Positions 13,922 to 26,589 of a stretch of DNA of 64,000 nt are shown here, piece after piece. The stretch comes from Eledone cirrhosa (taxonomy: Eukaryota): contig OZ024759.1 in the NCBI GenBank assembly GCA_964016885.1, positions 10,354,001-10,418,000 on the forward strand, written 5' to 3'. Every line of letters begins with the position of its first letter. Position 1 is the stretch's first letter. The notes under the pieces were generated by a model that was given only the letters and a program-made list of their open reading frames with translations, made no database searches and was not told where the DNA came from. The position numbers were made by a program, and so were the translations under genes.

Positions 13922-14508
13922 ACATCTCTGAAATATTAAGTCATAGAAAATAGAATTATCTTTTACACCCTGTATTGGTTCCTCATTCACCATCATCGTT
14001 TTATGCCTGCTTTTCCATGGTTGGATGGAATGGTAAATCTAGTCAAGTGCTTGTGGTGTGGCATCATCAGCATTCTTTTAAGAACTTCGTTAACCCTTTA
14101 CCATTTACATTACTCTATATTTACTATTGTATTTTCATGGTAAAGACTTTACCTCACATAATATCAAATCTATGAGATTTTGATATTTATTTTGAGAACA
14201 ATACCTTAATGTAAGTATGAGTGGCCAGTTACAGCCGGTTTAAATACTAAAGGGTTAATGCAAGAGGTATTAAAAAGTTGGCTAGAAATACCTACCGTAT
14301 TTCCCAGCGTCGAAGATGCTATTTTTTTCCTGAAATAAGTCTAAAAAAATCTACCATGTGTCCTGGAGGCCGACTGTTGCATCTTTCGTTATTTTTTTTC
14401 AAATTTTTGGTAGAGTAATGTAAATGCTAAAGGGTTAACCCTTTAGCATTTACATTACTCTATATATACTATTATATTTTCATGGTAAAGGCTTTATCTC
14501 ACATAATT

Positions 14509-14843
14509 CATCATCATCATTTTACGTCCGCGTTTCCCTGCTTGCAAGGGTGGGACGGGAACTGATTCTGGCTTGATTTCTACAGCTGGATGCCCCTCCT
14601 AACACCAACCTCATTTACAGTGAGTGCTGGGTGCTTTTTTGCCGTGGCACCTCCACGACCACTTTGCAGTGGAATGATAGGGGCCCCAGTCCCTATCATC
14701 TCATTTCTACAGCTGAGTAAACTGGAGCAATGTGAAATAAAGTGTCTTGCTCAAGGAAACAACACATCACCCAATCTGAGAATTGAACTCACAACCTTTC
14801 GATTGCAAGGCCAATACTCTAACCACTAAGCCATGTGCCTCCA
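14509..14843 (-). mobile_element. tRNA-derived SINE family B with RTE-like tail, inserted in a piggyBac-like MITE (14439-14997)
   Basis: Near-identical reverse complement of 40961-41296. A box TGGCTTAGTGG, B box GAGTTCAATTC, (GAT)n tail. Confidence 0.85.
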
Positions 14844-15112
14844 CAATTATCTCACATAATATCGAATCTATGAGATTTTGAAAGTATTTATTTTGAGAAC
14901 AATACCTTAACATCAGTTTGAGTGACCAGTTACAGCCAGTTTCAACAGAAAGAGGTAGAGAATTCTGGCCGGTTTTGGCCGGTTTGAACATTAAAGGGTT
15001 CATCTAGTTGTTGACTTTCACATTTGTAACAAGTGTAAATATCTGTGTGTGTGCTTGTAAAGACATCAAATAAGGTGACTATCTCAAGCTGAAGAACATT
15101 ATTATTATTGTT

Positions 15113-16060
15113 GTGGATTGGCAGTATCGGTAGAGGGTCAGACGCCATGCTTTGACGCATAGAGTTACAGCCCTTGCCATTCTGAGTTCAAATCCCGCTG
15201 AGGTAAACTTTGCCTTTCATCCTTACGTGGTAGATAAAATAAAGTACCAGTAATGCACTGGGTAATTGTCGCCTTGTGCCTAAAGTATAAACAATAATTA
15301 TTATTGTTGTTGTTGTTATTAGGGTGGTGGATCGTCAGTATTGGTAGAGCGTCGGATAACATGCTTTGTGGCATAGAGTTATGGCTGTTTACCTTCTGAG
15401 TTCGTACCCCACTGAGGTTAGCTTTGCCTTTCATCCTTCTGGAGTCAATGAAATCACGTACCGGTAATGAACTGGGATCAATTTAATCGACTTTCCCTTC
15501 CCCCAAATTGTTGGCCATGGACCTAAATCAGAAACCAATCCCGCCGAGGTAGACTTTGCCTTTCATCCTTACAGGGGTCGATAAAATAAAGTACCAGTAA
15601 TATACTGGGTAATTGCTGGCCTTGTGCCTAAAGTAGAAACCATTATTATAATAATAATCGCGCCGAGGTTAACTTTGCCTTTCATTCTGACGGGGTTGAT
15701 AAAATAGAATACCAGTAATACACTGGGGATGGATTTAACCCTTTAACATTTAAACTGGCCGAATTTGGCCAGAATTCTCTCACCTCTTTCTGTTCAAACT
15801 GGCCATAACCAGCTGCTCATACTGATGTTAAGGTATTGTTCTCAAATGAAATATCAAAATCTCATAGGTTCAATATTAATTGACTTTCTCCAAAATTGTG
15901 CCTAAATCAGAAACCATCATATTATAATAATCCTGCGCCAAGGTTAACTTTCCCTTACGGGGTAGATGAAATAAAGTACCAGTAATGCATTGGGGTTGAT
16001 TTAATCAACTTACCCCTCCTTTGCAAATTGTTGGTCTTCTGCCTAAAATAGAAACGATTA
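15113..16060 (+). mobile_element. Cluster of about 5 head-to-tail full or truncated SINE family A copies
   Basis: Repeated CCGCCGAGGTTAACTTTGCCTTTCATCC...AAAGTACCAGTAAT...GAAACC. Confidence 0.75.
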
Positions 16061-16164
16061 TTAAGCTGGTGATGGAAGGTTTAAGATAAATATAAACATC
16101 TTAACACTTTCATTACCATATTTCTGATGAAAGAGACAGCCAGTCTGTTACAAATAAGTTTTAA

Positions 16165-17613
16165 CCCTTTACCATTTACATTACTCTATATATACTATTG
16201 TATTTTCACAGTAAAGGCTTTACCTCACATTATATCTCACATAACATTTACATTACTCTATATATATACTATTGTATTTTCACAGTAAAGGCTTTACCTC
16301 ACATAATATCTGACATAACATTTACATTACTCTATATATACTATTGTATTGTCACAGTAAAAGCTTTACCTCACATAATATCTCACATAACATTTACATT
16401 ACTCTATATATACTATTGTATTGTCACAGTAAAGGCTTTACCTCACATAATATCTGACCTAACATTTACATTACTCTATATATACTATTGTATTTTCACA
16501 GTAAAGGCTTTACCTCACATAATATCTCACATACCATTTACATTACTCTATATATACTATTGTATTGTCACAGTAAAAGCTTTACCTCACATAATATCTC
16601 ACATAACATTTACATTACTCTATATATATACTATTGTATTTTCACAGTAAATGCTTTACCTCACATAATATCTGACATAACATTTACATTACTCTATATA
16701 TACTATTGTATTTTCATGGTAAATGCTTTACCTTACATAATATCTCGCATAACATTTACATTACTCTATATATACTATTGTATTTTCACAGTAAAGGCTT
16801 TACCTCACATAATATCTCACAGAACATTTACATTACTCTATATATACTATTGTATTGTCACAGTAAAGGCTTTACCTCACATAATATCTCACATAACATT
16901 TACATTACTCTATATATACTATTGTATTTTCACAGTAAAGGCTTTACCTCACATAATATCTCACATAACATTTACATTACTCTATATATACTATTGTATT
17001 TTCACAGTAAAGGCTTTACCTCACATAATATCTCACATAACATTTACATTACTCTATATATACTATTGTATTTTCACAGTAGAGGCTTTACCTCACATAA
17101 TATCTCACATAACATTTACATTACTCTATATATACTATTGTATTTTCACAGTAAAGGCTTTACCTCATAATATCTCACATAACATTTACATTACTCTATA
17201 TATACTATTGTATTGTCACAGTAAAGGCTTTACCTCACATAATATCTCACATAACATTTACATTACTCTATATATACTATTGTATTTTCACAGTAAAGGC
17301 TTTACCTCACATAACATTTACATTACTCTATATATACTATTGTATTTTCACAGTAAAGGCTTTACCTCACACAATTACCTCACATAATATTGAATCCCGC
17401 CGAGGTTAACTTTGCCTTTCATCCTTACGGGGTCGATAAAATAAAGTACCAGTAATACACTGGGCAATTGCTGGCCTTGTGCCAAAAGTAGAAACCATTA
17501 TTTATTTTGAGAACAATACTTTAACGTCAGTATGAGTGGTTAGTTAAGGCCAGTTTGAACAGAAAGAGGTGAGAGAATTCTGGCCGGATATGGCCGGTTT
17601 AAATGCTAAAGGC
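16165..17613 (-). mobile_element. piggyBac-like MITE with about 17 72-bp units and an inserted SINE A fragment (about 17392-17500)
   Basis: TTAA|CCCTTTACCATTTA at 16161; TAAATGCTAAAGGC|TTAA at 17613. Confidence 0.85.
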
Positions 17614-18100
17614 TTAAAATAATCTGGAATTTAGAGGGATTTAGTAATATACGTAACTTGATTGACGATATCGGTAGAGTGTCGCACGCCATGCTTTGCA
17701 GATAGTAACGTCCCTTTACGTTCTGAGTTCAAATCCCGCTGAGGTTAACTTTGCCTTTCATCCTTATGGGGTCAATAAAAGATAGCACCAGCACTGCACT
17801 AGGGGTAATTGCTGGCTTTGTGCCAAAAGTAGAAACATTTATTATGTCTGGGGTTGATTTAATTGACTTGCCCCCCTCCCAAAATTGTGCCTAAATAAAA
17901 ATCATTATTGTTGTTGTTGTTTGTTTTAGATGGCTGTTGAGAAAGGCCGGTAACTTTTACACAATGTAACACATGGCAGAGATGAAAACATGATGTGGAA
18001 AGTGATTTAGAAAGTCTTAGAAAAGTAGACTGCCCAACTTGGGCTTCTTAGTCATTGGTGCTGTTTCTGTCTTCTATCAAGTGTGGTGAGTATTTCAACT

Positions 18101-18586
18101 TGGTGGTGTTGTTGTTGGTGGTGTTGTTGGTGGTGTTGTTGGTGTTATTGGTGTTGGTGTTGGTGGTGGTGTTGGTGGTGTTGGTGTTGTTGGTGGTGTT
18201 GGTGGTGTTGTTGTTGGTGGTGTTGGTGTTGGTGTTGTTGGTGGTGGTGTTGGTGGTGTTGGTGTTGGTGGTGGTGTTGTTGGTGGTGGTGGTGGTGTTG
18301 GTGTTGTTGTTGGTGTTATTGGTGGTGGTGGTGGTGTTGTTGTTGGTAGTGTTGGTGGTGGTGGTGGTGGTGTTGGTTTTGTTGTTGTTGGTGTTGGTGG
18401 TGGTGTTGTTGTTGTTGGTGGTGTTGGTGGTGGTGGTGTTGTTGTTGGTGGTGGTGTTGGTGTTGTTGTTGTTGGTGGTGTTGTTGTTGTTGGTGGTGGT
18501 GGTGGTGGTGGTGTTGTTGGTGTTGTTGGTGGTGGTGGTGTTGGTGGTGGTGTTGTTGGTGTCGTTGTTGGTGGTGTTGTTGTTGT
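18101..18586. repeat. (GGT/TGT)n trinucleotide repeat
   Basis: Seen directly. Confidence 0.95.
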
Positions 18587-18696
18587 ATAACCCCAGGCTA
18601 TCAGCCCTACTACAGGTAGCCCATGATATAAAGACAGTCGATCAAATGATCAGGTGTTCTCCATAGATCTATATATGCTGTACTTCTGTTTAGTTC

Positions 18697-20567
18697 CTGT
18701 TATAATGGTGTGACACACCTGTTGTGATGGTGTGACACACCTGTTGTGATGCTGTGACACACCTGTTGTGATGGCGTGACACACCTGTTGTAATGGTGTG
18801 ACACACCTGTTGTGATGGTGTGACACACCTGTTGTCATGCTGTGACACACCTGTTGTGATGGTATGACACACCTGTTGTGATGCTGTGACACACCTGTTG
18901 TGATGCTGTGACACACCTGTTGTGATGGTGTGACACACCTGTTGTGATGGTGTGACACACCTGTTGTGATGGTGTGACACACCTGTTGTGATGGTGTGAC
19001 ACACCTGTTGTAATGGTGTGACACACTTGTTGTGATGGTGTGACACACCTGTTGTGATGGTGTGACACACCTGTTGTGATGGTGTGACACACCTGTTGTG
19101 ATGGCGTGACACACCTGTTGTGATGGTGTGACACACCTGTTGTGATGGTGTGACACACCTGTTGTGATGCTGTGACACACCTGTTGTGATGGTGTGACAC
19201 ACCTGTTGTGATGCTGTGACACACCTGTTGTGATGGTGTGACACACCTGTTGTGGTGTGACACACCTGTTGTGATGGTGTGACACCTGTTGTGATGCTGT
19301 GACACACCTGTTGTGATGCTGTGACACACCTGTTGTGATGGTGTGACACACCTGTTGTGATGGTGTGACACACCTGTTGTGATGGCGTGACACACCTGTT
19401 GTGATGGCGTGACACACCTGTTGTGATGGCGTGACACACCTGTTGTGATGCTGTGACACACCTGTTGTGATGCTGTGACACACCTGTTGTGATGGCGTGA
19501 CACACCTGTTGTGATGGCGTGACACACCTGTTGTGATGGCGTGACACACCTGTTGTGATGGCGTGACACACCTGTTGTGATGCTGTGACACACCTGTTGT
19601 GATGCTGTGACACACCTGTTGTGATGCTGTGACACACCTGTTGTGATGCTGTGACACACCTGTTGTGATGCTGTGACACACCTGTTGTGATGCTGTGACA
19701 CACCTGTTGTGATGCTGTGACACACCTGTTGTGATGGCGTGACACACCTGTTGTGATGGCGTGACACACCTGTTGTGATGGCGTGACACACCTGTTGCGA
19801 TGGCGTGACACACCTGTTGCGATGGCGTGACACACCTGTTGCGATGGCGTGACACACCTGTTGCGATGGTGTGACACACCTGTTGCGATGGTGTGACACA
19901 CCTGTTGTGATGGTGTGACACACCTGTTGTGATGGCGTGACACACCTGTTGTGATGGCGTGACACACCTGTTGTGATGGCGTGACACACCTGTTGTGATG
20001 GCGTGACACACCTGTTGTGATGCTGTGACACACCTGTTGTGATGCTGTGACACACCTGTTGTGATGCTGTGACACACCTGTTGTGATGGTGTGACACACC
20101 TGTTGTGATGGCGTGACACACCTGTTTGGATGGCGTGACACACCTGTTGCGATGGCGTGACACACCTGTTGTGATGGCGTGACACACCTGTTGCGATGGC
20201 GTGACACACCTGTTGCGATGGCGTGACACACCTGTTGCGATGGCGTGACACACCTGTTGCGATGGCGTGACACACCTGTTGCGATGGTGTGACACACCTG
20301 TTGTGATGGTGTGACACACCTGTTGTGATGGTGTGACACACCTGTTGTGATGGCGTGACACACCTGTTGTGATGGCGTGACACACCTGTTGTGATGCTGT
20401 GACACACCTGTTGTGATGCTGTGACACACCTGTTGTGATGCTGTGACACACCTGTTGTGATGCTGTGACACACCTGTTGTGATGCTGTGACACACCTGTT
20501 GTGATGCTGTGACACACCTGTTGTGATGCTGTGACACACCTGTTGTGATGGCGTGACACACCTGTTT
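18697..20567. repeat. 22-bp minisatellite GTGACACACCTGTTGTGATGGT, about 85 copies
   Basis: Seen directly; the 22-aa periodicity of the ORFs equals 3 units. Confidence 0.97.
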
Positions 20568-21394
20568 GTATATTTGTAGGAAACGAGGTTTAACACCCAA
20601 GGTATTGACCAGGTGTAATTCCTACCAACGAGAGACTACAACAAAATTCCGTATACACAGTTCCCCTGACAGTTCACTTCAGTTCTTATTTATAGAGTCT
20701 CACCTAGTCCACTATTAGTTATACAGGGATATTCAGGGTCCCCCCACCACCACCACAGTGCCGTAAGCAGATAGCCTGTTACGGAAATTTAATGAAATTA
20801 TTTTAAAATTAAAAGACAGAAATTCCCAATTCATCGACATTTGCATATTAAAAAAACAAAAAGGAAAAAAAAAAACCAAAAGACAGGAAAAAATGTAAAT
20901 AGTGAAAGTAAGTCCTACCGATGCTGGTGTGGGACATGGACGCTAAACAATGATGATAGTGGTGGTGGTGGTGGGAGGGGCTGCCTCTGTATTCCAATCT
21001 AAGTGGTATATTCCAGCTGCGATATGCATAAAGCATTGTCACAGAGAATAGCCAGCAACATCTGCTGCACCAGCCACTCCACCTCACTGGGACTCCTTCC
21101 TCATCTGGGATGCACACGTCTTGGTTTTGCAGAGGAAAGCAGCAGTTCGGAGACCGAGGAGAGCAGCAGAGTTTCAGAGTTCTCAACAGCAGCCATCATG
21201 AAAAGGAAGCTGTCAAGGAAACGGCCAACTCCTGGTATTTAACTATCTTCCTCCCCTCCGTCCTTTACAGTGGGAGTGTGTGCACAACAGATAAGTCAAT
21301 GTAAAATCAGATTTTCTCAAAAGAAAAGCAATAAATAGGATCTAAAGTCTGTCTCAAACTTGGACACTCATCAGGCCAGTGCTTATCCTGAAAG

Positions 21395-21785
21395 TACAAG
21401 ACTCCCCTGGATAGGTCACCAGTCCATCGCAGGGTTAATGGCTGTCTCAAGCCCGCAGGTTCACCAGGCTGAGGCTTATCCCGGTTTCCATGGCATGAAG
21501 TAACAGAGAGTACATGACTCCCCCTGGATAGGTCACCAGTCCATCGCAGGGTCAATGGTTGTCTCAAGCCCGGAGGTTCACCAGGCTGAGGCTTATCCCG
21601 GTTTCCATGGTATGAAGTAACAGAGTACATGACTCCCCTCAGGACAGAACTCCAATCCATCACAGGGTGAAACCCTCAGCTATTTCAGTTGAGTATACTG
21701 GAGCAACATGAAATGGAGTGTTTTGCTCAAAAACACAACATGGCACTTAGTCCAGGAATCGAACCAATGACATTATGATCGGAAG
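21395..21785 (-). mobile_element. SINE family C with an internal tandem duplication of about 116 bp
   Basis: GACTCCCC recurs at about 21400, 21516 and 21631. Reverse strand CCCTGCGATGGACTGG; tRNA-like head GGTTCGATTCC. Related copies at about 10150-10330 and 40790-41365. Confidence 0.65.
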
Positions 21786-22398
21786 TTGTACAAGAAATTA
21801 GGATAGTGGCCAGGATCCCCTTCGATCATGAATAACCATGGGATTTGCACCTAGAAAGTTCTCTTCCAAGGCACAAGTCGAAGCAAGGTTGTTTGTGGAA
21901 GACCAGCAGTTGTCTCTGCGTACCAATTTCCTCTCTCTACACCACCAATATTGTCCAAGGGAGGCAATGGCTGATACAGCTTGGCACCAGAGACGTAGTA
22001 ACTCATTTCTACAGCCGAGTGAACTGGAGTGGCATGAAATAAAGTGTCTTGCTCAAGAACACAACACACCACCTGGTCCGAGATTCAAACACACAACCTC
22101 ATGATTGCAACCCCAATGCTCTAACCACTAAGCCATGCACCTTCACATATATAGAGAATAGAATATAGTATAAAGAATGAGAGGGGAACATGAGTCAGTG
22201 AGTTGAATGAGAGTTCATTCATAATTTGATACTGTAGTAAAGTTTTGTTTTCATTCTACTAGTTTTCTATTGTGTCACTCTCTCACATGATATCTATAAG
22301 TTGAACTATAATCTATTTATTTAATTGATGTACATCATTTGTTTTATTAGTGTCGGGCTTTATTGGGCTTTTCTGGTTTTATTTGATAAGTTAAAAGT

Positions 22399-22818
22399 AG
22401 AGGAATACAGCTCAAACTATACATGTTCCATACCCTTCCTTACCACTGTGCTACGCATTTTCAGTCTTCGTCATTTCCCTCCAAAAACTTGGGGAGGGCA
22501 TAGAGGAATACAGCTCAAACTATACATGTTTCTATTGTTATTATTTCAACTCCATTCCATATTACATACAGTTTACCATTTATACTCAACCTTATCATTT
22601 CAACGATTATATTTCAGACATGCTGAGAGATTCTTTTGTCATTGCTTCAGTAATAAAGTCCTGAGAAAAGCAAAGAATGTTTGAGGCTCATTTATGACAA
22701 AAGAAGTCTTCAGCATGTCTGAAATATAATGGTTCAAACGATGATGAGAATAAATGGTAAACTCTATGGAATGGAAGTACAACAATGGGATATACATAGT
22801 TTGAGCTGTATTCCTCTA
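22399..22818. mobile_element. Small TIR element (MITE), left TIR duplicated at 22501
   Basis: TAGAGGAATACAGCTCAAACTAT at 22399 and 22501; reverse complement ATAGTTTGAGCTGTATTCCTCTA ends at 22818. Confidence 0.7.
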
Positions 22819-22819
22819 A

Positions 22820-23549
22820 AAAGCACAAGTCACATCAGTAACCTGTTTTCACTGTATGGATTAACTCTTTGTTTCTGGCTCAAACTAATGAACCCAACAT
22901 TCATCCTGGGTTAGGAAAACATTAAAGGAAATCAGTTGGATCTGTCTCAAACAACGTCAGATTTTCCCTGTCATGTGATCAGCCTGATGCGCTTTTCATC
23001 AGGTATCAGATGTGGCACCCATCGAGCAGAAAGCTGCATCATACCAGGTTCATTGTGCAGAATATTTTCAACTCTCTCATGGGATATGTCAATAGCATTG
23101 GTTATTTGATTTATAGTCAATTGCCTGTCATCCATCACCATGTGGTGAACAAGGTCAATGTTTTCCTCGGTGATGGCATTTGTAGGATGTCCAGACCATA
23201 GGTCATCTTCAAGACTCTCCCTTTCCTTCATAAATTCAGCTGCCTACTTTTGTACTGTTTATAAAGCTGGAGTGTCATCCCCTAAAGTAGCAACCATTTC
23301 AGTATGGTCCTTGGGGACAAAACCCTTTTTCTGCAGGTACTTGATAACACCACAATGCCAAATTTTACCCATTTTCAAGAGAAGTCATTACTCGTTTCTT
23401 TTGAAGTCTTCTTTGAACAGTCAGATGTCAGTTTACCTGGAAAGAAACAAAGGAGTTATTGAAGATTTTAAATTAATGCATGCAAGATTTCACAGCTTTA
23501 GCATCACTCCTTCATAATCAGCCTATGAATTTTTCAGCTCACTCCCGTA
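22820..23549 (-). pseudogene. Mariner transposase remnant (HTH to first catalytic Asp) with one TIR
   Basis: SLEDD.SGHP...TEENID.V...DRQLT...LSARWVPHL (mariner WVPHEL-like motif), then TQDECWVH. Stops present. TA|CGGGAGTGAGCTGAAAAATTC terminus. Confidence 0.88.
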
Positions 23550-23772
23550 AGTTGTCTTGTAGAAACTTCCAATTGTCTTCTAGGTCCTATGTATCACATT
23601 GGGTTTTTCTGAACCTATATTCTAAACAAGGAGCTCCTTTAGCGTCCATACTCTCCTCCTCCAAGATGTTCCTGTATTTTCTGTTGTCTTATTCCGATAT
23701 CACTAAATGATATTCTTCATCTTCTTCTTGCTTATGAAACAACTGCAGTTATATGATGTCTCTTAGTTATTA

Positions 23773-24059
23773 CTCGTAGAATGGCCCGGCGTTGCTCGGG
23801 ATTTGCTCTAGAGTTCTTATATATTTGATATATATTTATCCCTATTGAGCCTCATGAAATAAATACGTTTGTTTATATTGTTATTGTGTATGCAAAAATA
23901 TCTGTACACAAATATATAATTATATATATATATATATATTAAAATAACAGATTAAAGTTTAAGCAAAGAATCGCTGCTTTCACCCTTAACGGAATCTTCT
24001 GAAACTAAAAAAATCAATCTGTGAACGCAGAAGTAAATATTTCGAAAAACATTACACAC

Positions 24060-24096
<37 letters not shown>

Positions 24097-24417
24097 TATA
24101 TATACATATTTACACACACACACCCCGTGTCATAATGTCGTAATGCAGACAGCCAGACATAGACAGATATTATAAGGGCACAACGTTATATCTATGTATC
24201 TATGTAAAAAGAAAGACTAAGAATTATAGAGAGAGATCGCTAAATCTCCTAATGCGGTCCCTAGGGCATTGAAAATTTTAAATTTGTTTTGCTCAAAGCA
24301 CTCACGGGACCATAAGTATTACATGTGTAAAGTTTGAAAAAACTCGGTTGGGTGGTTCTCGAGTTTTAGTGATTGGACAGACAGACAAACAGACATTCTC
24401 TGTTTTAGTAATATAGA
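23773..24417 (-). mobile_element. Non-autonomous Helitron-like element (partial duplicate of its 5' end at 24555-24661)
   Basis: Minus strand begins a|TCTATAT with (TGTC)n and ends CCCGAGCAACGCCGGG hairpin plus CGAG|t (CTAG variant). Internal sequence recurs at about 50600-50750. Confidence 0.65.
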
Positions 24418-24944
24418 TAAAGTACCAGTAATACACTGAGGTCGATTTAATAGACATATCCACTTCCCTTCAAATTATTGGCTTTGTGGAATATGAATTA
24501 TCAATCTCTGATTAATAATTTAGAATATATATTGAAATTAGTGTTAATTGATAAACACTCACGGGACCATAAGTATTACATGTGTAAAGTTTGAAAACAA
24601 TCGGTTGGGTGGTTCTCGAGTTTTAGGGAGTCGGACAGACATTCTGTTTTAGATATATAGATAACCAACAGCTCGAGGTGGTGGGTGTATGAGGTCCATA
24701 TTTTCAGGTGGGTGCAGATCCTGGCACTCACTATGTTGAGACTCACTCACAGATCATGGCACTCACTCAGTATGTTGAGGTTCACTCACAGATCCTGGCA
24801 CTCACTCAGTATATGTTGAGGCTCACTCAGAGATAATGGCACTCACTCACAGATCCTGCCACTCACTCAGTATATGTTGAGTAATATCTTCTGGTGAAAC
24901 ACACTAATATTTTCTGTTTTTTTGTCAATATCTGTTATGAGATA

Positions 24945-25950
24945 AGTGTGTTAACTGTTAAAACCGTTAACTGGTACATATGTCTTAACTGTTATTATTC
25001 TGTTAACTGTTATTATTCTGTTAACTGATATTACTCTGTTAAAACTATATTAACTGTTAAAACTGTGCTAACTGTTAAAGCTGAGTTAACTGTTAAAGCT
25101 GAGTTAACTGTTAAAGCTGAGTTAACTGTTAAAGCTGAGTTAACTGTTAAAGCTGTGTTAACTGTTAAAGCTGAGTTAACTGTTAAAGCTGAGTTAACTG
25201 TTAAAGCTGAGTTAACTGTTAAAGCTGTGTTAACTGTTAAAGCTGAGTTAACTGTTAAAGCTGTGTTAACTGTTAAAGCTGTGTTAACTGTTAAAGCTGA
25301 GTTAACTGTTAAAGCTGAGTTAACTGTTAAAGCTGAGTTAACTGTTAAAGCTGTGTTAACTGTTACAACTTAACTGTGTTTACTATTATAACTGTGTTAT
25401 CTGTTATAATTGTTAAAACTGTTACAGCTGTTAACTGCTATAGCTGTCACAACTGTTATAGTTGTTATAACTGTCACAACTGTTATAACTGTCACAGCTG
25501 TCACAGCAGTTATAACTGTCACAACTGTCATAACTGTCACAGCTGTCATAACTGTCATAGCTGTTATAACTGTCACAACTGGTATAACTGTTAACTGTTA
25601 TAACACACAATTGTTATAGCTGTTACAACTGTTATAACTGTTATAATTGTTACAACTGTAACAGCTGTTAACTGTTACAGCTGTTATAGCTGTTATAATT
25701 GTTAAAACTGTTACAGCTGTTAACTGCTATAGCTGTCATAACTGTTATAGTTGTTATAACTGTCACAGCTGTTATAACTGTCACAGCTGTTATAACTGTC
25801 ATAGCTGTTATAACTGTCACAGCTGTCATAGCTGTTATAACTGTCACAGCTGTCATAACTGTCATAGCTGTCACAACTGTTATAACTGTTACAGCTGTTA
25901 TAACTGTTATAATTGTTACAACTGTTAACTGTTACAGCTGTTAACTGTTA
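24945..25950. repeat. 9/18-bp based minisatellite (TTAACTGTTAAAGCTGAG; ATAACTGTCACAGCTGTT)
   Basis: Seen directly; rich in short palindromes GTTAAC, ACAGCTGT, GTTATAAC. Confidence 0.92.
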
Positions 25951-26144
25951 TGTTATCTCCATCATAATTATTACACCCCACCTATGTAGCTTGAACTGAC
26001 TTCATGAGATTCAATCTCCTGGAAGGTTTCTTGGGTATTTTAATGATAGGGGCCCCAGCCCTTTAATTGGCTGTTTTAATGATAGGGGCCCCAGTCCTTT
26101 AAGACTTATGCTTGCATTGGTTATAACATTTAAATACAATTACT

Positions 26145-26390
26145 ATAATATATACTTCAATATAAGCCAACCACTATTTTATGTCTGAGAAATGGGCAAA
26201 AATCTAAACCTTATTCACGTAGAATTTGAAGTTGGTGAACATTGTAAAAATGTTGACCCCGAATATAAGCTGACCCCGAATATAAGCTGACCCCGAATAT
26301 AAGCTGACCCTGAATATAAGCAGACTCGCTTCTACTGTTGATTTATTGTTTTTGTCACATATTCCTCGGCTTATGTCTGAGTATATACAA
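26145..26390. mobile_element. Degenerate Tc1/mariner-type MITE with 4x 17-bp internal repeat TGACCCCGAATATAAGC
   Basis: TATATACTTCAATATAAGCC ... GGCTTATGTCTGAGTATATA imperfect TIRs. Confidence 0.5.
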
Positions 26391-26589
26391 TACTTCCAAA
26401 TATGAATTATTCAGTGTTTTCCGCAATTCATTTATTCCTTGTTTACTTCTGCTCTCATGAGACTAATTATTCATATATAACGGTTTATATAGAGTTTATG
26501 TCTAAAAAACAAACCAACAACAATTTATACCATTATTTCTTTATATTAGCTGATAATTCATTCTTAAATAAATATATTACTCCTCAATA

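Noticed and set aside
18650-20600. Three overlapping ORFs of about 600 aa
   Set aside because: A 22-bp unit with no minus-strand stop opens all three frames; artefact.
20576-20625. GTAGGAA...TTCCTAC hairpin next to the 22-bp array, considered as a ribozyme
   Set aside because: No recognisable catalytic core; stems are too short to support a call.
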